Assembly (NCBI GenBank): GCA_038214755.1
Contig: JBBQRQ010000064.1
Span: 1 to 28,725, forward strand
DNA length: 28,725 nucleotides
Source of the DNA: Verrucomicrobiota bacterium
Lineage (GTDB): Bacteria; Verrucomicrobiota; Verrucomicrobiia; Limisphaerales; CANJXF01
Direction of reading: 5' to 3'
The notes beneath the pieces are model-generated. The model was not told the DNA's origin and did no database searches. It saw only the letters and a program-made list of their open reading frames with translations. Positions within the stretch are counted from its first letter, which is position 1. The number at the start of each line of letters is the position of its first letter. Made by a program: the position numbers and the translations under genes. Shown one piece after another: positions 9,580 through 16,516 of this stretch.

Positions 9580-12468
9580 TTAAATAATTTCCACCGGACA
9601 CTTCGGCAACGCATCCAAAAACAATTGTCCGTATTTTTTGGCGAGGACCCGATTATCCAACACGACGACGATTCCTTGATCCGTTTTAGTGCGGATCAAG
9701 CGGCCGACCCCCTGGCGAAATTTCAAAATGGCTTCGGGCAACGAAAAATCCATGAAGGAATTTCCGCCGTGCGCCTCGATATTTTCAATTTTCGCTTCGA
9801 TCAATGGATGATCCGGCACCGCGAACGGCAGTCGCGTGATGATGACGTTGGAAAGCGCTTCGCCGGGAACGTCCACGCCCTGCCAAAAACTGTCGGTGCC
9901 AAAGAGGACGGAATTCACATCAGCCTTAAATTTCTCGAGCATCAGTGAGCGGGGCATACCGGTTCCCTGCACAAAATATTCCAGGCCCAGTTCGGCGAAC
10001 AGCGGCTGCATCCGCTCGGCAATTTTCTGCATCAGTTTATAATTGGTAAAAAGGACAAACGCTTTCCCATGACTCAATCGCAGGAAATGCTCGATCCAAT
10101 GAACGAGCGCATCTTCGTAGCCCGGCTCACGCGGGTCGGGCATTTTTCCTGCGACAAATAATTTCATCTGCCGCTGGTAATCGAAGGGCGATCCCACTTG
10201 CAACAACGTGGATTTCTCCGCGCCGACGCGTGTGGCGAAATAATGTAGGGCAGGCATCCTGCCTGCCTTGGGAGAATGGTCGCGCGAAACTGGCGTTAAA
10301 TCTGCAATCGTGGGATTGGAACTGGGCAGGCTGGAAGCCTGCCCTACGTTTTGCCCTGTGCCGCAGCGGTAGTTTCCTTCTCTCACTCTCGCCTTCGCCG
10401 GATTTTCCCGAATGTAGGCTGCAAATTTTTCCAACTGATGTTCGTCCCGAACAATGTAATCAAATGATTCATCCTGCCAAAATTTTCCGGAACGACGGAG
10501 AAGCGCGTTAATTTTATTTGCGGAGAAAGACTTCCAAGAATGCAAAATATCTTTCAGCAGATATTCGCCCACGGGTTTGACCAGGAGGTGAACGTGGTTG
10601 GGCATGATCACGTAATGACCTAACAGATAGCGTTCGCCGTCGAAAAACTTGAGGGCAGTCTCAACGACAGCTGAGCTTTCTGAATTCCTTAGCCAACAGT
10701 CGCCTTCACCCGCATCAAGCCAACGCTGAAAACGTTCGCTGAATTTTTCATGGTATTCCGCTTTATCCTTCTCGTAATGCGGTTCGGGATGTTGGCGTAA
10801 CCACTCCTCCCGCTCCTGTTCCCATTGCCGCAATTTTTCCTGCGGAATCGAGTCGCCCAGCCGGAACGTAACAAAGTAAGTGCAGCCTTCTTGTCGCCAA
10901 TGCGGCAAGTGCCGACCGTAGCGGGCCACTGGCGCTTTGGGATCGAACGGAGTAAAAAGTAGGGCAGGCATCCTGCCTGCCTCCCCTGCCACTTGTTCCG
11001 GAATTGGCGCGGCTTTTGCGGCCGATGGGATGGGCAGGCTGGAAGCCCGCCCTACTTTTGTCGCGAGCGTAGCGCTGGTCATGATCACCGATGTATCCGA
11101 ACAAAAAAGCCGTTGGCGCAAGAAGTCCGCGACGTTGATAGGCGCTGCGTTGAGCGCGAGGTTTTTTTGTGTCTTGCCGGAACGCTCGACCCAATAAACA
11201 TATTCCTCCTGGCTCTGGCTCAGAAAAGTCGCGATCTCATTTCGCAATTCCGCCAGTCGCCGATTGCATTCCATCAATTCCTGACCGGTATCTTTGTCCT
11301 CGCTGATTTTGATCAACTCGCTGACTGCTTCGCGTAAACGTTGGATCGGCAGCGTCACATTATCTTTCACCAAATCGGGCTGCCGAATCCGCAGTTCCTT
11401 CCAACTTCGATCCTTGTAACCGCCGGTAGCGCCAGACTCCGTCGAGCCATAATTTTTTTTCTGCGCCGCAACAATATTTTCGCACGCTTCTTCCACCGCA
11501 AAAAAGAATTGATCAATCTCTCCGATCAAATCACCCACCAACTTTACCGCCGCGCCTTTTCGCAATGTGGCGAGCAGACCTTTTTCGGTGCGTGGATTCC
11601 AGAGTCGTTGCAGCGCGTAACGCATTTGCCCGCTGGAGACGCTCAGGCCAATGTGTTTTGATGCGACATTTTCCACCTGATGGGCTTCATCAAAAATCAC
11701 GAAATCATTCTTGAAAAGGACGCCGCCTTCCACCTCTTCCTCGATGCCGCCGAGGTTCATAAAAAATAAAGTGTGGTTCAAAACCAGCACGTCGGAAGAA
11801 AGAATTCGGCTGCGCGCGCGCTGGAAAAAACAAGCCGCTCCGGTTTTGGCAAAGTCCGATTGATGTCCGCAAAGTTTGGGCGTGCAGAGTCCGCGTTCCG
11901 AACAAACTTGCGCCCAGACTTTTGGGTCAGGCTCAATTTCAAAATCCGACAAGCTTCCGTCCTCGGTGCCTTTGGACCATTCGTAAACCCGCTGCAATTC
12001 CTGAATCTCCGGCGAAGTAAAAAGGCTGTCGGCCTGTTGCATGGCTTTGTGCAAACGCCGCGTGCAAAGATAATTTTGCCGGCCTTTGAGCATGGTGAAA
12101 CTGAACTTTACCGGAGTGGGAAGTTGCGCCAAAACTTGTTCGAGCATCGGCAAATCTTTTTCGGCAAGCTGCTCCTGTAGATTAATGGTGTGAGTGGAGA
12201 CAACCGCTTTTTTGCTATTGGCCACCGCGAATAAAATCGCCGGGATCAAATAGGCCAGACTTTTTCCAACACCAGTTCCCGCCTCGACGACGAGATGTTC
12301 TTTTGTCTCCAGCGCGACGGCGACGGCGCGCGCCATTTCCTGTTGCTCGGGGCGATATTCAAAATTTTTCGCCTTGGACAAAATGCCGTTGGGCGAAAAA
12401 ATTTCCGCGACCCGCTCCGCCAGATCGGCGCGCGCTCCGCCGGGTTGTTGTTCGATAATGGAAATCAT
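9580..12468 (-). CDS. dinG: DinG/YoaA-family Fe-S DNA helicase (SF2) carrying an in-frame RAYT transposase insertion
   Basis: Q-motif YRPEQQEM, Walker A AGTGVGKS, Fe-S cysteines (NYLC...C...C...C), DEAH, TSATL, FWQGVD, QGVGRLIR. About 270 extra residues (~472-742) lie between TSATL and YF..RVG...SPFDY. Confidence 0.93.
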   Translation of the reverse strand: MISIIEQQPGGARADLAERVAEIFSPNGILSKAKNFEYRPEQQEMARAVAVALETKEHLVVEAGTGVGKSLAYLIPAILFAVANSKKAVVSTHTINLQEQLAEKDLPMLEQVLAQLPTPVKFSFTMLKGRQNYLCTRRLHKAMQQADSLFTSPEIQELQRVYEWSKGTEDGSLSDFEIEPDPKVWAQVCSERGLCTPKLCGHQSDFAKTGAACFFQRARSRILSSDVLVLNHTLFFMNLGGIEEEVEGGVLFKNDFVIFDEAHQVENVASKHIGLSVSSGQMRYALQRLWNPRTEKGLLATLRKGAAVKLVGDLIGEIDQFFFAVEEACENIVAAQKKNYGSTESGATGGYKDRSWKELRIRQPDLVKDNVTLPIQRLREAVSELIKISEDKDTGQELMECNRRLAELRNEIATFLSQSQEEYVYWVERSGKTQKNLALNAAPINVADFLRQRLFCSDTSVIMTSATLATKVGRASSLPIPSAAKAAPIPEQVAGEAGRMPALLFTPFDPKAPVARYGRHLPHWRQEGCTYFVTFRLGDSIPQEKLRQWEQEREEWLRQHPEPHYEKDKAEYHEKFSERFQRWLDAGEGDCWLRNSESSAVVETALKFFDGERYLLGHYVIMPNHVHLLVKPVGEYLLKDILHSWKSFSANKINALLRRSGKFWQDESFDYIVRDEHQLEKFAAYIRENPAKARVREGNYRCGTGQNVGQASSLPSSNPTIADLTPVSRDHSPKAGRMPALHYFATRVGAEKSTLLQVGSPFDYQRQMKLFVAGKMPDPREPGYEDALVHWIEHFLRLSHGKAFVLFTNYKLMQKIAERMQPLFAELGLEYFVQGTGMPRSLMLEKFKADVNSVLFGTDSFWQGVDVPGEALSNVIITRLPFAVPDHPLIEAKIENIEAHGGNSFMDFSLPEAILKFRQGVGRLIRTKTDQGIVVVLDNRVLAKKYGQLFLDALPKCPVEII
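10245..10347. repeat. GTAG-REP doublet, 3' flank of RAYT
   Basis: GTAG-GGCAGGCA-TCC-TGCCTGCC (10245-10267) and GGGCAGGCTGGAAGCCTGCCCTAC (10324-10347). Confidence 0.9.
10959..11055. repeat. GTAG-REP doublet, 5' flank of RAYT
   Basis: GTAGGGCAGGCATCCTGCCTGCC (10959-10981, identical to 10245-10267) and GGGCAGGCTGGAAGCCCGCCCTAC (11032-11055). Confidence 0.9.
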
Positions 12469-12488
12469 TTTGCCGAGGGAGGAATATG

Positions 12489-12564
12489 AAGTTCAACGTT
12501 CGAAGTTCAAAGTTCAAAGTTAGCCGGACGCGAAATCCGAAATCCGAATCCCGAAATCCGAACG
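12489..12564. repeat. Two adjacent heptamer tandem arrays (AAGTTCA-type and CCGAAAT-type)
   Basis: AAGTTCAACGTTCGAAGTTCAAAGTTCAAAGTT followed by CGAAATCCGAAATCCGAATCCCGAAATCCGAACG; the second array is nearly identical to 23843-23877. Confidence 0.7.
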
Positions 12565-12567
12565 CCC

Positions 12568-12667
12568 GTAGCGCAGCTTTGCAAGCTGCTGTATCGCCGG
12601 TTTGCAACCGGCGGGGCGTCGCGACATCCAGCGGGTTGCAAACCTGCGCTCCCACGTCGGCGGCTAC
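12568..12667. repeat. Composite GTAG...CTAC multi-hairpin REP element; supplies the lysR stop codon
   Basis: Hairpins GCAGCTT-TGC-AAGCTGC and GCCGGTT-TGC-AACCGGC (as at 21650), ending in CACGTCGGCGGCTAC (as at 20183-20197). Confidence 0.75.
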
Positions 12668-13575
12668 GACGTGGGCGCAATTTTTTCCGCGAACGAGCGG
12701 CAGATTTTTATAAAAGATTCTTCGGCAATGTTCAGTCGGCGGCCGCGACGCGACGCGATGACCCACGTTCGCTTTAATTTCCGTTTGCCCAGCGGCAGCG
12801 CGACCAGAGATTTCTCCTGCAATTCTTTTCGCGCGATCCACGGCGCCAGAATGCTCACGCCCAATCCCAGTTTCACCAATTCCTTGATCGCCTCCATGCT
12901 GCCCAATTCCATCACGGTGTTCAGCGCCATTTTTTCCTGGCGAAAATATTCCCGAATCATCCGCGAGGTCAAACTGCTCTTCTGATACAGAATATAATCC
13001 TGCTTCGGAATTTCCGGGCGTGAGATGCCTTCCGAAATCCACGGATGCGTCGGCGGCAAAATAAAAACCAACTCGTCCGTGAACAACGCTTGAAACTCAA
13101 AAGCCTCTTCGTGCGGCGATTGCAACACCAGCGCCAGATCGATTTGATTATCTTCGAGTAGCTCCATGGCCCGGGCGGTGTCGTCTGAACCAATGTTGAT
13201 CAGGCATTGCGGAAATTGTTTTTTAAATTCGCGCAACACCGGCGGTAAAATGTAATGACACGCCGTCGAACTCGCGCCGATGCGCAAACGCGATTGCCCC
13301 CATTTTCCCAAATGTTGCAGGGAAGATCGCGCAGTTTCCATTTGAGATAAAATTTTCTCGGCGTGATGCAGCAACTGTTCGCCCGCCTGCGTGAGCGAAA
13401 CTTTTTTGTTCACTCTGGCTAAAAGACGACAGCCAACTTCCTCTTCCAAAGCCTTCATCGCGTGACTTACGGCCGATTGCGACAGACAAAGTTCTTTGGC
13501 GGCGAGAGTAAAACTTCCCGTGCGCGCGAGGGTGGCGAAGGCGCGCAACTGCCTGCTATCAAGTGGAAAAATCAT
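12664..13575 (-). CDS. LysR-family transcriptional regulator
   Basis: LDSRQLRAF...GSFTLAAKEL.LSQSAVSH.MK.LEEEVG HTH and substrate-binding domain (SMEAIKELVKLGLGVS). ATG at 13575 chosen over the ORF-track extension. Confidence 0.92.
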   Translation of the reverse strand: MIFPLDSRQLRAFATLARTGSFTLAAKELCLSQSAVSHAMKALEEEVGCRLLARVNKKVSLTQAGEQLLHHAEKILSQMETARSSLQHLGKWGQSRLRIGASSTACHYILPPVLREFKKQFPQCLINIGSDDTARAMELLEDNQIDLALVLQSPHEEAFEFQALFTDELVFILPPTHPWISEGISRPEIPKQDYILYQKSSLTSRMIREYFRQEKMALNTVMELGSMEAIKELVKLGLGVSILAPWIARKELQEKSLVALPLGKRKLKRTWVIASRRGRRLNIAEESFIKICRSFAEKIAPTS

Positions 13576-13577
13576 TG

Positions 13578-13592
13578 ATGAATTCCGTTCAT
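13578..13592. promoter_or_regulatory. Putative LysR recognition box
   Basis: ATGAA-TTCCG-TTCAT is a dyad with a T-N11-A core, 2 nt upstream of the lysR start in the divergent intergenic region. Confidence 0.55.
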
Positions 13593-13641
13593 TTTTTTCC
13601 GCCAAACAATTCAGCGTCGCCGGGCGCGCTTCTGTTCCCTC

Positions 13642-13658
13642 TGGCATGAGTCGTGCCA
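13642..13658. promoter_or_regulatory. Putative sigma54 (-24/-12) promoter element
   Basis: TGGCATGAGTCGTGC(CA) has GG-N10-GC spacing on the + strand, upstream of the nitrite operon; the reverse strand (TGGCACGACTCATGC) also fits. Confidence 0.4.
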
Positions 13659-13758
13659 ACAGTTCGTTTAGAAGACGTGAAGAACAAAAATGATCACCGG
13701 AATTTTTGCGGCTGAACCTCTTCTCACTCGACAAAAAATCACCAATAGAAAAAAAATT

Positions 13759-14658
13759 ATGGACTACATCAAACCAAGCGAAGTCATCGAAACCATGGTG
13801 AAAGCCGGCGTGACCAAAGCCGCGCTCTCCACCAAAGATTTATTGATCCGAGGATTTCTCTCCGGCGCGTTGCTCGGATTCGCGACGAGTCTCGCCATCA
13901 CCGCCACCGTGCAAACGGGAACGCCGCTGATCGGCGCGCTGATTTTTCCCGTCGGCTTTGTCATCATCGTTCTGCTCGGACTCGAATTGGTCACCGGCAG
14001 TTTTGCGCTCGTGCCGCTGGCGCATCGCGAAGGAAAAATTTCCATGGCAACACTCCTGTCAAATCTGGGCTGGGTCTTTCTCGGAAATCTCCTCGGCAGC
14101 CTTTTTTACGCGCTGCTCTTTTATTGCAGCCTGACGATGATGGGCGCAAACGCCCCGGACGCGCTCGGCGCCAAAATCATTTCCATCGCCCAGGCGAAAA
14201 CACTCGGCTACGCAAAATTCGGAACGGCCGGCGTGGTCACCTGTTTTACGAAATCCATTCTCTGCAATTGGATGGTCACGCTCGGCGTCGTGATGGCGAT
14301 GACTTCCACCTCGACGATTGGAAAAATCGCCGGAGCGTGGTTGCCCATTTTTATTTTCTTCGCGCAAGGTTTCGAACATTCGGTCGTGAACATGTTCGTC
14401 ATTCCGCTCGGCATGATGCTCGGAGCGAAAGTCTCCGTTTCCGATTGGTGGCTCTGGAATCAGATCACGGTGACGCTCGGAAATTTTGTCGGCGGATTCG
14501 TGTTCACCGGCCTCGCGCTTTATCTCACGCTGAAACCGAAAAAAGTTTCCGAGACAAACGTAGGGCAGGCTTCCAGCCTGCCCTTCGCAACAACTAGCAT
14601 GGGCAGGCTGGAAGCCTGCCCTACCGCCTTGGACGCGGGAGAATTCGCCGCGAAATAA
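13759..14658 (+). CDS. nirC: Formate/nitrite transporter (FNT) family, likely nitrite channel
   Basis: FPVGF...GLELVTG, GNLLG, ILCNWMV, GFEHSVVNMF, TLGNFVGG; first gene of a nirA operon. Confidence 0.85.
   Translation: MDYIKPSEVIETMVKAGVTKAALSTKDLLIRGFLSGALLGFATSLAITATVQTGTPLIGALIFPVGFVIIVLLGLELVTGSFALVPLAHREGKISMATLLSNLGWVFLGNLLGSLFYALLFYCSLTMMGANAPDALGAKIISIAQAKTLGYAKFGTAGVVTCFTKSILCNWMVTLGVVMAMTSTSTIGKIAGAWLPIFIFFAQGFEHSVVNMFVIPLGMMLGAKVSVSDWWLWNQITVTLGNFVGGFVFTGLALYLTLKPKKVSETNVGQASSLPFATTSMGRLEACPTALDAGEFAAK
14560..14624. repeat. GTAG-REP doublet, in frame in the FNT C-terminal tail
   Basis: Perfect 24-bp inverted repeats GTAGGGCAGGCTTCCAGCCTGCCC and GGGCAGGCTGGAAGCCTGCCCTAC, identical to the RAYT-flanking REP at 10324-10347. 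Confidence 0.9.
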
Positions 14659-14678
14659 AAGGTTCGCCGCAAATTTTC

Positions 14679-16514
14679 GTGAACCCCAATCAACTCATCT
14701 TCATTCCCGACAGCGCGCCGTTCACCGGCGAGCAACGAGCCTGGCTCAATGGTTTTCTCGCCGGCCTATTCGCCGCGCCGTTGAAGAATCCTCCTCCGCA
14801 AGTTTTGCCAACCACAAAACCGTCGCTGACCATTTTGTTTGGCAGTCAAACTGGCAGCGCGGAGCAACTCGCCAAAACCATTTCGCGCGAAGCGGAGCAA
14901 CGTAATTTCGCGCCGCGCGTTTTGCCGATGAATGAGTTTGCGAAAATTGATTTGAAACTCGAACCGCGGCTTCTGCTTGTGACCAGCACCTGGGGTGAAG
15001 GCGACCCGCCCGAAAACGCCGTCTCTTTTTGGCAATATTTGAATTCCGAGGCCGCGACAAAATTGGACCATCTGAATTTTTCCGTGCTGGCCTTGGGCGA
15101 CAGCGGCTACGCGGATTTTTGCGGCGCGGGAAGAAAATTCGATGCGCGTCTCGAACAACTCGGCGCAAAACGTTTTTACGCTCGCGCCGATTGCGACAAA
15201 GATTTTGAGTCCGCCGCCAATTTGTGGATGGGAGGTTTGTGGCCCGCATTGGAAACCATCGCCGGTGAAGTAGTGGGGCAGACATCCTGTCTGCCAGCGG
15301 GGCTTCCAGGCCCAGTATTCGCGGGCAGGATGCCCGCAGCGGCAGGCTGGAAGCCTGCCCCACTACTCCCATTGGAACCGGCCAATGGCAAAACGCACTC
15401 CAGCATTTTCACTCGTGCCAATCCGTTTCCGGCGCGATTGATTTCCAACAAAAAATTAAACGAGGGCGCAAAGGAGACGCGGCATTTCGAAATCTCTCTG
15501 GCCGATTCCGGTTTGACTTACGAGACCGGCGACGCGCTCGGAATCGCCCCGTCGAATTGTCCTGAGCTTGTTTCGCAACTCATTCAAAAACTCGGAGGCG
15601 ATGGAGAGGAAGAGGTTGTCACGAGCAAGGGAATAAAAATTTCCCTGCGTTGCGCGCTGCAACGCGATTACGAGATTCACAAAATTTCCCTTCCATTTCT
15701 CAAAGCCGTTTCAGAGAAAAACGAAAAGTTGCGCGCGTTGTTGCTGCCGGAAAACAAACCGAAGCTCGATGAATATTTGTCGGGTCGCGATGTGCTCGAT
15801 CTGCTCACGGATTTTCCCGCGAAATTTTCTGCCTCAGATTTCGTCGCCAGTCTGCGCCAACTTTCTCCCCGGCTTTATTCCATTGCCTCCAGCCCGAAGG
15901 CGCATCCTCGCGCCATTCATCTCACCGTCGCCATTGTGCGCGGCCAATCACATGGCCGCTTGCGCAAAGGAATTTGCTCCACTTTTTTAGCCGAGCGCGT
16001 TTGCGAAAAAACCGCCGTGCCGATTTTTGTGCAAAGCGCTTCTCATTTTCGCCTGCCGAAAAATCCGGATTTGCCGGTTATCATGGTCGGACCTGGAACT
16101 GGCATCGCACCGTTTCGCGCGTTTTTGCAGGAGCGAATGGCGGTCGGCGCGCGCGGGCGCAACTGGCTTTTTTACGGACATCAACATGCGGCCACCGATT
16201 TTTTTTATCGCGACGAACTTTTGGCGGCGCATCAAAAAGAAATTTTGACGCGGCTCGATACTGCTTTCTCGCGCGACCAGGCGGAGAAAATTTATGTCCA
16301 GCATCGCCTGCTCGAAAATGCGAAGGAGGTTTGGTCGTGGCTGAACGAAGGCGCGCATTTTTACGTGTGCGGCGATGCCTTGCGCATGGCGAAAGATGTG
16401 GATGCCGCGCTGCACAAAATCGCGGAGGAAGCGGGCGGCCTTTCCAAAGAGAAGTCCGCTGCGTTCGTGCAAGACCTCCGCAACAGCAAACGCTATCAAC
16501 GCGACGTTTATTGA
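14679..16514 (+). CDS. cysJ: NADPH-dependent diflavin reductase, sulfite reductase flavoprotein alpha (CysJ)-like; probable electron donor to NirA
   Basis: FGSQTGSAE and STWGEGDPP flavodoxin motifs, RLYSIASS, GICS, GPGTGIAPFR, AFSRDQ..K.YVQH, YVCGDA..MAKDV, C-terminal RYQRDVY. Confidence 0.88.
   Translation: MNPNQLIFIPDSAPFTGEQRAWLNGFLAGLFAAPLKNPPPQVLPTTKPSLTILFGSQTGSAEQLAKTISREAEQRNFAPRVLPMNEFAKIDLKLEPRLLLVTSTWGEGDPPENAVSFWQYLNSEAATKLDHLNFSVLALGDSGYADFCGAGRKFDARLEQLGAKRFYARADCDKDFESAANLWMGGLWPALETIAGEVVGQTSCLPAGLPGPVFAGRMPAAAGWKPAPLLPLEPANGKTHSSIFTRANPFPARLISNKKLNEGAKETRHFEISLADSGLTYETGDALGIAPSNCPELVSQLIQKLGGDGEEEVVTSKGIKISLRCALQRDYEIHKISLPFLKAVSEKNEKLRALLLPENKPKLDEYLSGRDVLDLLTDFPAKFSASDFVASLRQLSPRLYSIASSPKAHPRAIHLTVAIVRGQSHGRLRKGICSTFLAERVCEKTAVPIFVQSASHFRLPKNPDLPVIMVGPGTGIAPFRAFLQERMAVGARGRNWLFYGHQHAATDFFYRDELLAAHQKEILTRLDTAFSRDQAEKIYVQHRLLENAKEVWSWLNEGAHFYVCGDALRMAKDVDAALHKIAEEAGGLSKEKSAAFVQDLRNSKRYQRDVY
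15270..15366. repeat. Multi-hairpin REP element, in frame in the CysJ flavodoxin-FAD linker
   Basis: Termini GTAGTGGGGCAG and CTGCCCCACTAC; hairpins GGCAGACA-TCC-TGTCTGCC, GCGGGCA-GGA-TGCCCGC and GGCAGGCT-GGA-AGCCTGCC. Confidence 0.85.
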
Positions 16515-16516
16515 TT

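Larger units (their letters stand above)
10245..11055 (-). mobile_element. REP-RAYT element: REP doublet, RAYT (Y1 HUH transposase) domain, REP doublet, in frame within dinG
   Basis: RHLPHWRQEGCTYFVTFRL.DS, MPNHVH (HUH), WKSFSA, FWQDESFDYIVRDE and YIRENP (catalytic Tyr), bounded by GTAG-palindrome doublets at 10245-10347 and 10959-11055. Confidence 0.9.

Noticed and set aside
9278..9601. Short ORFs in repeat-rich intergenic regions (also 7818-8237, 12486-12713, 21590-21913, 25319-25888)
   Set aside because: They are translations of palindromic repeats or shadow frames, with no recognisable protein features.
10245..11055. Intein in dinG
   Set aside because: No N-terminal Cys/Ser splice block, no C-terminal His-Asn followed by Cys/Ser/Thr, and no LAGLIDADG or HNH motif; the insert is an HUH transposase bounded by DNA palindromes.
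9580..12468. Type IV CRISPR-associated CasDinG, or a CRISPR array among the repeats
   Set aside because: No cas genes; the repeats are inverted doublets, not direct repeats with regular unique spacers.
13576..13758. Overlapping N-terminal extensions of lysR (to 13734) and the FNT gene (from 13690)
   Set aside because: Family homology starts at 13575 and 13759; the interval is better explained as a divergent promoter.
15974..16516. 181-aa N-terminal extension of NirA in the ORF track
   Set aside because: It overlaps cysJ in another frame; homology begins at the ATG at 16517.
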